A DNA stretch of 64,000 nt from Octopus sinensis (taxonomy: Eukaryota). Below the pieces are notes generated by a model, which was not told the DNA's origin, did not search any database, and was given only the letters and a program-made list of their open reading frames with translations. The position numbers were made by a program, and so were the translations under genes. Shown here piece after piece: positions 1 to 12,882 of the stretch; position 1 is the stretch's first letter, and every line of letters starts with the position of its first letter. The DNA lies in the NCBI RefSeq assembly GCF_006345805.1, contig NC_043014.1, positions 19,406,001 through 19,470,000 on the forward strand, given 5' to 3'.

Positions 1-670
1 ATATAATATAATGTCTAACGGCTGATAAATACTTCCTTATTCTTCATATTCTTTTTGCCATAAATATATACAGTTATATTATTATTAATAAACATGATGA
101 GCTTATTGTAAGTTGCCAATATTTTAAATAGAAATGTTTTTCTATACTATAAACATGTTATCATTATAACTATACTCACTAATTTATGGCTCAAGTTTAA
201 TGCTTAGTCAACATAATATAATGCAATAAATAAACATAAACATATATATACATACAAGCAAAATATATATATATGTGTGTGTGTGTGTGTGTATGTATGT
301 GTGTGTGTGCGTGCATGTGTGCGTGTGTGTTTGTATGTAACATTTATTTGGGGACGAACCTCTTGAAACAGTCTGAGCTAATTTGGAATACTCCTTTCTA
401 TACAGAAATCAGCAAGTAGATCATTCGATTCATGCAGAAGCTGATCCGGCTTGAATTTTATCAAGCGAATCATTAGAAATAGCATAAGATAAAAAGAAAT
501 ACTCAGATCTCTGTATTCGGATGTGCGCATTATTATTGAAAGTGCCAAATCAAGCCGAAACGGTATTGATTTATCTGCTGTTCGTCTGGTGTTTTTCTCA
601 GCGAACTCTATGTTTCTTAATAAACAATGTAGCTTAAAACTTTACTTCAGGCAGAATATCACTGCTTCCA

Positions 671-768
<98 letters not shown>

Positions 769-983
769 TATGAGAGGTATTGGTGTCAAGAAAACCCAAA
801 GGTGTCGGGTAATGCTGAGTAAGTACTATGGACGGACTATCATTAAGCTCCAGGCTCGGTGATTATGCGAATGAGGTGTCCAACGTAGGTCATATATCAC
901 CATGTGCATGCTTGAAAAAAATTAACAGAATGATATAAAAATCCAACGCCGTGAAAGAATTCAGAACATTTACAAATAGAAAG

Positions 984-1029
984 TCTTACAGCTGTTTCCG
1001 GGATATTTTATACATCACTTCATCGGAGA
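984..1029 (-). ncRNA. Hammerhead ribozyme-like motif (type I, PLE-type), U4C core variant
   Basis: Minus strand: tct-CCGATGA-a-gtgatgt..atatccc-g-GAAA-cagctg-TA-aga. Stem I tct/aga, palindromic stem III ACAGCTGT, GUA cleavage triplet, one mismatch in stem II. Confidence 0.65.
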
Positions 1030-1346
1030 TGGTGTGAGAAGATGGTTAAGCAATAGTTATTCTAGCTAGGATATGAAATAGAGAGAGAAGTGGAGGAATG
1101 AAAACAGACGTGAGATAGCAGGGATATTGTATCTGCAGTTCATTATTTAGTAGAATGGTATACGTATAAGATTCCTCTACCTTGTAAGTTCCAATAGTAT
1201 TTAAAATTGGTCATTCCAAGCATAGAGTTTGTAAACGGTGTTATTGAATCGAGCGTCTTTTTTATATATACATACTGCGTCATTTCTTGATATCATGTTG
1301 CTTATTTTGATTTTATTCAAATATATATATATATAGGTATATTATT

Positions 1347-1474
1347 TTATTTATTAGGGAATAACATTCCCGGCATCACAGGGGTTCAAATTATTCTCAA
1401 TGAGGAATATATATCTCCTCATTAAGAATAATTTGAACACCCGTGATGCGGGAATTTTTATTCCCTAATAAATA

Positions 1475-1475
<1 letters not shown>
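1347..1475. repeat. Imperfect fold-back palindrome (~60-bp arms)
   Basis: ttatttattagggaataa..ttcaaattattctcaatgagga / tcctcattaagaataatttgaa..ttattccctaataaataa, flanked by (TA)n. Confidence 0.8.
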
Positions 1476-1523
<48 letters not shown>

Positions 1524-2924
1524 TGTATGTATGTATGTATGTATGTATGTGTGTGTGTATGTATGTATGTATATGTATATATTCCGAGTTAAATGCAGCA
1601 CTAGTGTTATAAACATTATCGACCACACTAGCTCAATGTACGTGTTTTGTTTGTTCACTGATCCGATGTTGTACAGCGTTGCTAAAGTGCTATGCCGTAG
1701 CAAACCGGCGAACAAGCAAAGGACAAGGTCTTAGTATGTGCGGTTTTATTATAAACAAACACATGCACGCGCCCGCACATACACACACACACACACACCA
1801 CACACACACACACACGTACACACACACACACATACACAAAACAATTTTCTGCTCTCATTATATTACGTGTATAACGATGTTAAGTGAAATGCAAGTGTAA
1901 TATTGTGTCATGAAATTAGTTTAATTTTATAAAAATCATTCACCAATTATCAAGAGATAGGAAACACACGCTCAGCTTATAAGAGAACTGGTTCATCCAT
2001 ATTTTTTCTATTATCAAACAGCCTAGAGAATGTTATTAACGTTGGTTGAATTCATTATGGGATTTCTTTTCAAATTCTCAAAACCTCTTATAATTGTCAA
2101 ACTAAATTTTTAATGAAATGCTATACACCGTATAAGTTTCTGCGATGTTGAGTGAATGTTGCTGGAATGATATAAAGTTCACTTATTGTTTAACCTGGTC
2201 AGGCGTAATTCTGCTGGCCTATGATCAAAGACAACATTTCTCTTATGTATTCCAGGTGTCATATATTCCGGAATAGATAACCTGAAACTTTTTATATTAC
2301 CGCGGTAAGGTTCAGTTTAGAAATTTGTGAGAAATTTAACTACCATTTCTGTTGTAGCAGTTCAATAAACTGGTGCTAGATTTGGTTGAATTTCTTTCCT
2401 AAAGGCTTTTCTATCTGCAGTGCATGTGTGATTTGCATTAAATCTTGACAATATATTTTTTGCTTTAAAAGCGAGGAGCTGGTAAAATTGTTAGCAAGCC
2501 GGGCAAAAAGCGTAGCGGCTTTTCGTTCTGTTTTACGTCAAATTATACAAAACCAGTGACAGCTTATCATCTTGGAATATTCACGTCCTTGTGTGTGTGC
2601 GCGTGAGAGAGAGAGAGTGATTGATTGATTGATTGATTGATTGATTAGGTGAGTGAGTGAAGGAGGGAGTGCGGGAGTGAGAGGATGAATGGTTGCACGA
2701 GCGCGTCACGATGTCGGACTACTATGTAATGCAGCACCGTATTCATTTTATACATTGCAGTATGATACTTTTCGCGAGTTCGATTCTCGGCGGTGCGTTG
2801 TGTCCTTGAGCAAGACACATTATTTCACGTTGCTCTAGCTCACCACTCAGGTACCAAAAATGTGGAGTACCTGTAGTTCACAGGACCGGCCCTGTCACAT
2901 TCTGTGTCGCGTTGAATCTACTTG

Positions 2925-3081
2925 TCGTATCTGTGTGGTAAAAATCTTGCTCTCCTACCACATGGTTTCAGGTTAAATCCCACTGTGTGGCACCTTGAGC
3001 CAATGCTTTCTGTTATAGCCTCGGATCGACCAAAGCCTTGTGAGTGCATTGGTAGATGGAAACTAAAAGAATCTCGTCATC

Positions 3082-3125
<44 letters not shown>

Positions 3126-3420
3126 ATATATATATAATATATATATATATTTATATTTATATATCTATATATATGTATGCATGTATGTATGTCTACATGT
3201 ATGTGTGTCTGAGTGTCCGTGTTTGTTCCCCACCACCAATTGACAACTGGCGTTGCCTTGTTTATGTCCCGGTCACTGAGCAGTGTAGCTAACGAGACCG
3301 AAAAAATAACAACCAGGCTTAGCGAAAGCTACGCACTAGGGTCAGTTCATTCGACTGAAATTATTTTCAAGTCGGTGCACCAGCATGGCCGCCGAATAAT
3401 GAATGAAACAGATAAAAGCT
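2925..3420 (+). mobile_element. tRNA-derived SINE, family B (head + internal microsatellite + tail), decayed
   Basis: ccacatggtttcaggttaaatcccactgtgtggcacc..ggtagatggaaactaaaagaa head, then (TA)n, then tail ending cagcatggccg..tgaaac. Same family as 53220-53773. Confidence 0.75.
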
Positions 3421-3539
3421 CGTAAGTCGCAATGTTAGGCTCTAGAAATTAGAATAACATGTAATCGGACTGTAATTTTGATGACATTAGTCTTTGAAGT
3501 ATTTACCAAGAATTTTGCCCCTAGCCTCTGCCACTCTTG

Positions 3540-4400
3540 CATTTGGGATAGCCACGTTATTCTTTGAATAAAGTATTTGGCTATATTTCATTGTAAGACT
3601 GTCTTCTATCCAGAAATTTGGATATGGTCTACTCCAGAATATTTCAAAAAGCTTTTCCCCCCATTATATTTTCCGATGTATTCGATGTATTCGATGTATT
3701 CTTAGTCATGTTAAGCCACACGATAAAAGTTTTATGCTATTCAATCCGTTAATTCATTTGTTTTATGTATATTCCTCCAAAATATCTCTGCATTGTCCTT
3801 TGCTTGGTGTAATATCTGCTTGAATTGCTGTTATTCAATTTCCCGTAAAGGTTTCATTTATCTCTTCGAAGCATTTTATTTCGTTTGCATTGTATTCGTT
3901 GTTTTTCAAATTGCTGTATTCTCGGCGTTTTAGCTTTCACCAGTTCAATTAATATTCCTTTTGTGATTCTAAGTCCTTATTCGTCTTGAAGAGGTTCTTA
4001 GAATGTAATTTTGCTTTGTTGTGAGGTGACATTTTTACGAATATTTATATATTTATATTCGCTGCTGAATATTTGGCTTCCAAACAAAATCTATATTAGG
4101 TTTTCTACTGTTTTCCTTTATTATGATGTCTACTACTCAGTTTGTTGAGTTTAACGCCTGTATATCTATTTCATTTATATGGTCTGTAATTATTTGTAAT
4201 GCACGGTTAACCTGTTTAATCAGAGCTATGTTTCGTATGAATGAGATATTGCTGTTTTGTGGTCTGTCCTCACTTTGTGAAAGTTTTATCTCCTGAAACA
4301 TTTTATAAATCCGTTTATCATATTTTCTAAGCCAGCACTTTTCCATTTATGCTGGCGTCGCTTTCCAAATATTATTACTTTGCAGTTTTGGGTTTGGAAT
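3540..4400 (-). pseudogene. Heavily decayed non-LTR retrotransposon fragment (R4/Dong-like, region upstream of RT)
   Basis: Minus-strand translation near 3600-3645 gives SGVDHIQ(fs)FWIE, resembling the PGxDxIxNFWxK motif. No intact ORF. Confidence 0.4.
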
Positions 4401-6183
4401 TCTTCGTTCCCTGTCTACTATTCATCTCCGTTTGGTTGTACACGATCAATTGTGTTGCGTTTATATTTCCTTCAACATTGGCTCGTGGTTCTTCGTACCC
4501 TTCTGATGTAGTGTGGTCTATGCGCTATCATCTGATTTACTATTACTCTTTCGTTTATTCCTATTCATGTAAAGCTATTTGGTCGTTTTTTTTTAATGAT
4601 TCTTTGTTTACAAGATTCATAATTAATGTTATTTATTTGTGAACGTATCTTTGGATTGCTGTTTCATCAGATCTGGCAAATCAATAATTTGATATAATCT
4701 GAAGAATTTACTTTGCCAATAAAGTGGTCTCCTATATAACCTCTAAGTATTCGGATCCGATCTTTTTGTCTTACCCTTTTGTTTATATGAATATTGTTTT
4801 GACTTGGCGGTACATGAAGCAATTCAGACTCGATATATAGTTCCGCTTGGGTAAAGCCCACTGCCCCATTTATTTCCTCTTTACTTTTCGATTGTAAATG
4901 TTTTCCAAATAACTGCCATTTATACAAGGTATTACAATTATTATAAAACTCTGGTTAATATCCTTTTTATAACGTAATACTCAAAGCGTTTCCAACTCAG
5001 TAATCGCTAGTTTTCTGAACAATTTCAGCAAATTGGTTGATAGTAGTATGTCAGTCTCTTTGTAAAGATGTCCAACGGCAAATCTAGCATTCAAATTCAT
5101 ATCAGAATCGTGTTTTTGATTATAAGGTCATTTCTGTTACATTCTTTTAAAAATTATTTCAGTTAATAAATTTCCAGTGAGTTACAATTTCTCCTCAATC
5201 AGTATGAAAAAAAGATGTCTGCTTAGAAATTAAATATTCTCGCTGGTATCATTTCTGTTGCTACTACTAACTTTCAAGTACTACAGCAATGTTGTTTCCT
5301 TCTCTCGTTTCTTTTCTTTCCTTTTCCTTTTCTTTTTTTTTAAGTTGTTGTTTTGCACGTAATCGTTTCTCTAAAATATGACTATAATTTACGTGTATGC
5401 TCAAGAGCACAGTTGCCTCAAATATGTTGCAATGTAATGTTAAATATATACTTTGCTGAATTCTGCCTTATTTAAAATTTGTCTTCAAAACACCAGTGCT
5501 ACATGCTTATTGTTTTATTGCTCTACCAACAGGATAGGAACACGCTTATTTTTCTTGTTATGTAAGATAATGATGGGATTAATATAAAGATAATTATTAG
5601 GTATTTGAATGAAAGACGTAGAATAACAATCAAGGATTGAGTTTCATTAAAATCGTTTTTAAATTTTTTCGCGAAATAATTTTGAATATTATTCACAGGA
5701 AAATCATAATTAGGTGGATGGCATAAAAAAAGAAAAGATTTTAAAAAATGCAATATAAATTTTATTGCTGTAGCTCTTAAAAAAATTCTGTATAGAATTT
5801 GCTAGTTGATTACGTACCACGATATGCTACACTACTCACAAGTGTCAGTAGTTAAAATTATGAGAAATATCACCAAACTGCAAGTGATTTCCTTATTCAA
5901 GAAGATTGAAGTTATTTTTCCTGGGTATCATAACGATATGTAGTGCGTACCACAGCGATATACAGCAGCTAGAGTTAATCAGATATAAAGATAAGCTAAT
6001 CTATACTTTACTGTAAGCAGAGTGTACCGGATGATGTTTTTCAGTCATGTTAAATGTATGAGGTACAGCTAACCAGTTATAATACATTTCGTTGCTAATG
6101 TGTTTCTTACAAAGAAACAGCCGACATATATATCACTCGCACACGCACACACATCTCTATCTATCAATCTCTCTCTCTCTCTT

Positions 6184-6268
<85 letters not shown>

Positions 6269-6905
6269 CATATATATGTATTTTCTATTTAAAAGTATCT
6301 GGATGCTCTGATGAAATATCAAAATTAATATCTTGTAAATTAGCTTCTCGTAGATCTGGTGCTCCTCAGTTCAACGTTGCTGAAATGTGCAGTAAAATAA
6401 CTGTATGCGTCTTACACACACAGGCACAAGTGTTTAAGTTATCAAAATAATAGAGTTTCATTGGTTGTTATATTAAGACACTGTTTCCCGTCTAAATCGA
6501 CTTACAATAAGGTACGTAGAGTTTCCAACGCTTTCAATTTGTGTTATAAATGTACCTGATGGATTATACACACGCACACACACACATATATACATACATA
6601 CATACATACATCTTTAGATTGATAGATAGATAGATACATACATACATACATGACACTCACACACACACACACACAAAATCATACAAACACATTAATATTA
6701 TAGCAAATACTGTTGTGTATATTTTGTATTTTGTAATGCTGAGAGAAATGTGTTCCTTCGCTATAAAACTCTCAATGGTAGGGAATGGCGAAAGAAAATA
6801 TTACTCCGGTATGTCTATAAGTTTTTTGAGTGCTAATCATGCTACGCATTTTTCTTAATGCCAAGTATTTCTACAAGATGTTAACATGTATGCAATATTA
6901 TTACG

Positions 6906-7270
6906 CATTATTTACATTATTTACATTTGACAGATATTTGTCCTCATCTTTTTTGTTGTTAACACAACGTTTTGGCTGATATAACTTGCAGCCTTCATCA
7001 GGTGTATTGGGGAAATTTTGAACCTGGGTTCTCATTCCTAAAGTATTTTTTCGATGTTGTAATTATTATTATTATTATTATTATTATTGTTGTTGTTGTT
7101 GTTGTTGTTGTTTTTATTATTATTATCATTTAGGTCACTGCCTGGAATGGAACTCGGAATCTTGGGGTTAGTAGCCCGCGCTCTTAACAACAAACTAAAT
7201 AAGGACAAATATCCGTCAAATGTAAATAATGTAAATGATGTACATAATTCCTCATCTCTTAAATATAGAA
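6906..7270 (-). mobile_element. Composite short element: tRNA-like head, (AAC/AAT)n, HHR tail, and inverted tail copy
   Basis: tRNA-like segment 7132-7192 (minus), trinucleotide tract 7062-7130, HHR 6962-7005. The tail at about 6910-6945 is repeated inverted at about 7202-7236. Confidence 0.75.
6962..7005 (-). ncRNA. Hammerhead ribozyme motif (type I), G12A in this copy
   Basis: acac-CTGATGA-a-ggctg..cagcc-AAAA-cg-TT-gtgt. Stem I acac/gtgt, stem II ggctg/cagcc, palindromic ACGT stem III. Confidence 0.7.
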
Positions 7271-8517
7271 CAAGCCATTCACTGTGTTTTGTCACGGAGA
7301 AAATTTATTGGTATAAAGAAATGGATTCAATACACCTAAATCAGTCGGCAGTGCCACCCATCTAGGCTGTGAGATGCAAGCATTTCGGAATGGTTATCTC
7401 CTCTTTGGACGCTGCGAACTGATAAAAGAGATTGTTTCTCACATGTGTGCATGTGTGTGATATGTATGTCGACTGTTTCTTTGCAAGAAACTCATTTGCA
7501 GCTAAGTCTAATATAACTGGTTAGCTGTACCTCATACATTTAACATGACTGATTAGCGCTATAAGCAAATTACGGGGGCGGAGCACTGAACCCTGATGTG
7601 TAGAAAAGCAATGATATTGCCACTTCAAATATGCTTGTGTCAAATGTGTTGTGTCATGGAGAAATATTTATGCTTAATGTATTTTTATATATCGTTTTCA
7701 ATATTCTATACTCTTTAACCTTTCAATTGCTTTAAGGATAATAAACATATTTTCTCTCATAAGTACTATCACTTGTATATTAGAATATGTATGTGTGAGT
7801 CTGTGAGTGTTTGTGTTTGTGTATGTATTACGTTGGGAGAATATTTGTTTTCTCCTTACTTAGGTACTAACAAAGGGAGAGAACATATAATTTTTCTGAG
7901 CTCAAACGACAGGTGAGAAGAAGGAAGTTAAACTTACGCTGGTTACCTGGCCTGTATATTAAAATATAACTGAAATTTTCGATCTGTCATCATTTAAATG
8001 ACGCTACCAATTCATTGATTGCATTTGAACACAAAAGGTTTGATTGAAGGTTGATTTAAATACACAAACTCATAGTTTCTATATTTGTCATTGGTCTCTA
8101 TATAACCCTATCATAGGATTTGCATATATTTGATGGCATTACACCTAAAATATGTTCTATGGTATAAATATATATATATATATACTTATATGTGTGTCTT
8201 TGTGTGCGTGTGCATGCGTGTGTATGTGTGTGTGTTTGTGTGTCTGAGCTCAGCTTGAACAGAAATCACACATCAAGCAAAAGGGCAAAAGCTCGCTCGA
8301 TCTCGATTTTCAGTACGTGAGCTCACAAACTATTGAGTTGTCAAATTGAAAGGTCTGGTTTTTGACTCCAATGTTTTAAAAAAAGGCATTGAAGTAACGT
8401 AAAAGATTCAAGAAATATTTCTGTTTCTTGTTTTTTGTGTTTTCCCCATTTACATTTTTTTTTGTATTCCACGTCCCTGTTGACTGTTCTTCCAAGGTTT
8501 GCAGGTTCGATGTCCTG

Positions 8518-8563
8518 TCAGAACTGTGATAACATCTCCGACCCGGACTCGAATCTACAGACA
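8518..8563 (-). CDS. Probable terminal coding exon of an unidentified gene ((S)VCRFESGSEMLSQF*)
   Basis: Acceptor attatattctccag| on the minus strand. Phase is compatible with the upstream exon 8733-8812, and the frame ends in TGA. Confidence 0.55.
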
Positions 8564-8732
8564 CTGGAGAATATAATTAACTGCTACATCTTCATCTGTT
8601 TACCAATTTAGTAATAATTTTGCACGGCATTTAATAGTAATGATAATGATTTCATTTATTATATCGATAACAAGTAATATGAGGCACTAAAACAATAATA
8701 ATCATCATTTAGTAAGATCAAATTCTGCTTAC

Positions 8733-8812
8733 CTGCCTCCTTCGCCTTCATCGCAAGAGTTACTTGGTGAGAGTTCTGGAGATAAAGTACTTGGAGAGAC
8801 ATCACCGAAATT
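8733..8812 (-). CDS. Probable internal coding exon (NFGDVSPSTLSPELSPSNSCDEGEGG)
   Basis: Strong acceptor ttctctttacag| and donor CAG|gtaagc bound an 80-nt open, non-repetitive, GC-richer segment. Confidence 0.6.
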
Positions 8813-8855
8813 CTGTAAAGAGAATATAATATAGAAATATTAAGGTTTACATCTT

Positions 8856-8899
<44 letters not shown>

Positions 8900-8936
8900 T
8901 ATTATTATATTATTATTATCATCATCATCATCATCA

Positions 8937-9012
<76 letters not shown>

Positions 9013-9119
9013 CATTGTCATCATTATCTTTAAGGTGTTAAGGTAGCAGAATCGTTAGTATGCAGGGCGAAATATTCAGCGGTATTTCGTCTGCCGCTAC
9101 TTCCTGGGTTCAAATTGGG

Positions 9120-9700
9120 CAGCACAGACTAGAGCCTCTGTTTCCAGTTTTAAATCACTTTTAGTCACCTACAACCATTTTTTCTGTCTATCTTATCTTC
9201 AACATCCCTATGAAATTGACCATGCATTCTTTCCTTTACCCACCTATTTTCAGTTTCATTCGTTTTCAATTTCTTGTACAGTGCTTTATCTTCGCAATCT
9301 TTCATCCTACACAAGCTTGACTTTACTACTTCTAAAAGTAGCGGTTCTGTGGCCTTTTCACATACCATGCTATGTTCTTTTCTTCTGCTCTAATGCTGTG
9401 TTCACATCCAATAAGTCGTCTTCCCCTTCTTTTTCTTGGTACATACAAGCTGTCTGTATCACTTTTTGGGTGGAGTGACCCATATCTAGTTAGCAACTTC
9501 CTTGTCTTTCTGTCTAAGCTGTTAAGTTTTTCTACTGTCCATGCGATCACCCTTGCTCTATATCTAACGAGTGAAACCGCCCAGGTTGATAGCGCCAGAT
9601 TGATAGCTTCGATCTTATTCTGTCCGTTTAATTTCAACTGAAGGATCAGTCTCTGTCTGCGCAAGTACTCCAACTTAAATTTTTCTGTCATTTTGCACAC
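9120..9700 (-). pseudogene. Non-LTR retrotransposon fragment (R4/Dong-like, post-RT region)
   Basis: KLEYLRRQRLILQLKLNGQNKIEAIN..TWAVSLVRY..LDRKTRKLLT..LHPKSDTDSLYVPRK.., then KERMHGQFHR; frameshifted. Confidence 0.85.
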
Positions 9701-9861
9701 AGTCGGACAGAGGGACAAACCAACGCCGATGAAAACATAGCCGCCTTCCTTGGCGGAGGTAATAACAAATACATACATACGTACAAACATACCTTCCTAC
9801 CTACCCACTTACCTAACTACCTACATGCATACATACATACATACATACATATTATATATAC

Positions 9862-10000
9862 GCATGTTTCAGTCTACCAAATCCGCTCACAGGGCTTTAG
9901 TCGGCCCAAGGATAATAGTAGAAGAAGCTTGCCCAAGGTACCACGCAGGTACCATGTGGTTGGTAAGCAAGCTACCTACCACACAGCCACTCCTGCGCCT
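9862..10000 (-). mobile_element. SINE family B head
   Basis: Reverse complement starts ggcgcaggagtggctgtgtggtaggtagcttgcttaccaaccacatgg. Confidence 0.75.
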
Positions 10001-10044
10001 ATATATATAACTAATTAAGAAAACGGATATAAAAGACAGAAGAA

Positions 10045-10165
10045 AGAATAACAACGCGAGGACGTAGTATATGCAATGTATTAATGAGACGCTGAGAGAA
10101 GGAAAGACAGGGTGGTTGTTTTACATTTCAAGCTTAGCTCTTCTTTGGAAGTAGGAGACATAGAA
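10045..10165 (-). mobile_element. Decayed HHR-bearing short element (same family as 57160-57400)
   Basis: Shares acaacgcgaggacgt..gacgct with 57166-57208. Core reads CCAAAGA-a-gagc-taa-gctt-GAAA-tg-TA-aaac (degenerate). Confidence 0.55.
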
Positions 10166-10428
10166 AAGGAAGAAGTATATATGTACACACGCACACACAC
10201 AGAAACACACACATATGTATGTATATATATATATATATGTGTGTATGTCAAAAAGTGTATGAGTGTGTGTGTGTTTGAGAGGTTGTGAATGTTCTGTGAA
10301 TATGTGTGTGGCGTGTATAAAACAAAAAAATTGATTTTTAATAAATACTTCAGACTACAGGGATTTTATAGTTGCAAATTGTTAGTTTCGTCTTCTTTTT
10401 CTCATTAATATTATTATTATTATTATTA

Positions 10429-10486
<58 letters not shown>

Positions 10487-11294
10487 TATCATTATCATCA
10501 TCATCGTCGTCGTTGTTGTTGATGCTACTGCTGCTGTTGTTATTATTATTATCATTACCATCATTTTTATTTATTTTGACTATATCATTTCTTATTGCTC
10601 TTTTACGGTTGACCGTGTAAAAGTGCAAATCTTTATCTTTGTTTGGAAATGCCCTAAATAAATTTGGTAATCATCTGCTGGGAAATGTTCCAGATAAATC
10701 TTTATGACAGACGAATAAAACCAGAAGCAAGATTTAAATTATATAAAAATAAATGTAAATATGTGAACAAGAAATTCTACAACACTAAGTATACGTACAT
10801 CCACAACAAGACCCACAACCACGACCGTACCGAGCAGCAGCATCACCAACATCGTTAACATCCTCATCATTAACCACAACAACAACGATAACATAAGATT
10901 TTTCAGTCTGGCAAATGCTTACAAATTGGTGTTGAAGGGTGAGATATAATCGATTTCGAGATTATTAATTTACTGTTCTGTAAGTGATAATAGTCAATCC
11001 TTACGCTTTTAAAACCATGTGACTTTATCAGCAGACGCATCTAATACAAACAGTAGATGGGATTGTATATTTACAAACAGTTTTAGATAAACCAATAACT
11101 TCGATTCATTGTAGCATAATGATTATGGAATGTAACAATTTCACGCACTTCAGAATTTAATAGGCTCACAACAACACTAATTACAACAGTTACAATCATT
11201 ATTTCTACTAGAGGCACAGGGCGCAATATGCCCAGACATTAACCTTTTCACTTTATACACACACACACACACACAACACACACACACACACACC

Positions 11295-11347
<53 letters not shown>

Positions 11348-11566
11348 AATATTAAAATTTTAAAGTTTCTCTAAAGAAGACTACGGCAGTGGTACTGGAT
11401 ATTAATAGTTATCGCCAAGCTCATTTGGCAGTCTATAAATATAGGACGAATACTGCCTTTAATTAGCTTCAAGAGGCCATCGCCTTTAGCTAGCTATGTG
11501 ACACACGAACCTGTGTCCATTATAACCTTCGAACAGGGGAGGTCAGCCGCTTCCCTTTGCTGGTAG

Positions 11567-11610
11567 GCACTTGCAGACTAGTTTCAGGGTATTTGCCCCT
11601 TATCAATGCA

Positions 11611-11614
<4 letters not shown>
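11567..11614 (-). ncRNA. Hammerhead ribozyme motif with U3:A8 core pair
   Basis: gcactgca-TTGATAA-gggg-caaata-ccct-GAAA-ctag-TC-tgca-a-gtgc. 8-bp stem I with a bulge, palindromic ACTAGT stem III, GUC triplet. Confidence 0.7.
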
Positions 11615-11650
<36 letters not shown>

Positions 11651-12129
11651 CCGATGTATAGTAAAACACAGTAGTGGTTTCCAATTGTCTTCTGCTATTT
11701 TTGTTTATAGCCTTCTAGGCAACACTTCGATTCTTCCAAATTTAACCTTGAAACAGGGAAATTGGCTCACATGTCATCAGGTGCATGTTCACACACCAAT
11801 GGCACTAGGTGACGCGTGTCTAAGGCCCAGTCGTCTTCCTAATACTCTATGTTTTACTCACATCATTTACTACTCTTTAAACTTTGACAGAGGCCCTTTA
11901 GCAGGTAATGTCACCACGAGTCATTACAAGTCTGAGAGTTTGAGATGACTAATTGGTCACTGCAAATATTTGGTAGTAGATAACACTTTATCTCTGTTCC
12001 TTTCTCACACTCACTCTGTTTTGCCCTGTTGATCGTGAAGGAAAGCTTTGCGCAAACGTTTTTTGCTGGCATCCAAATTACGGTGAGTAAGTCACGATAA
12101 GCATCAAGAAACTTGAGCAGTGGTAGATC

Positions 12130-12800
12130 TACGGTGACAGGAAACAGAATCAAATGAGAATTCCACTGGGTGGACCAACTGTTGATGTTCGCTCAGGAAC
12201 AAGTCATTACAAAAAACATGATATAGACAAAGATTGATAAAAGCTAGGCATAAAGTGAAAAATAATTTATTAGAAAATGTGTCGAAAGTATTAAACTACC
12301 CCTGAGTGAATACAGTGAAGCTGGAATAACAACAATATAAGAGCACGCATAATTATTTCAGTGAAAGATCCAATTGAAATGAGAGGACAGTATGTGGATT
12401 TGAAGTGGATAAAACAGGTAAGAACAAAAATCAGAAGCTGTGGTATTAAGTGATAATTACAGGATTTTATGGCATTTTTCCATAAACGCCGATCATCGTA
12501 TTAAAGCAACCTACCCAGATATGATTGTAGAGGATAAAAGACAAACAGTCGAATTTTGCAATGCGATATGATAAATGAGTGAGTAAATAGGTAATTGAGA
12601 AAATTGAGAAGTAGGAAGTCGTGGCCAGTGAGTCGAAGGCATTGTAGAGGACAAAGAGGAAAAGAGTTCCGCTGGTAGTTGTTGCACTCGGTACACTACA
12701 GAAACTGCTACTAAGAGGTTAGATGATATCAGAATTAAAACTATTGTGCAAGGAATTTGAGTAAGATCGTTGGGATTTGAGTAGACGTGTCACCAAACTG
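12130..12800 (+). pseudogene. Decayed C-terminal part of an RLE-type (R4/Dong-like) LINE
   Basis: AQEQVITKN near 12191 and DHRIKATYPDMIVEDKRQT near 12491 (PD motif of the restriction-like endonuclease). Many stops. Confidence 0.55.
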
Positions 12801-12882
12801 CAGGTGCGTAGATGTGCTAAGTAACTGATATGTATTATGATATATATGTGCTTGTTACGATTATTATTATTATTGCTGTTGT

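Larger units (their letters stand above)
6041..7552. repeat. Inverted repeat pair (6041-6135 / 7457-7552)
   Basis: 6041-6081 is the exact reverse complement of 7512-7552 (41 bp). The inner ~55 bp continues with mismatches. Confidence 0.85.
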
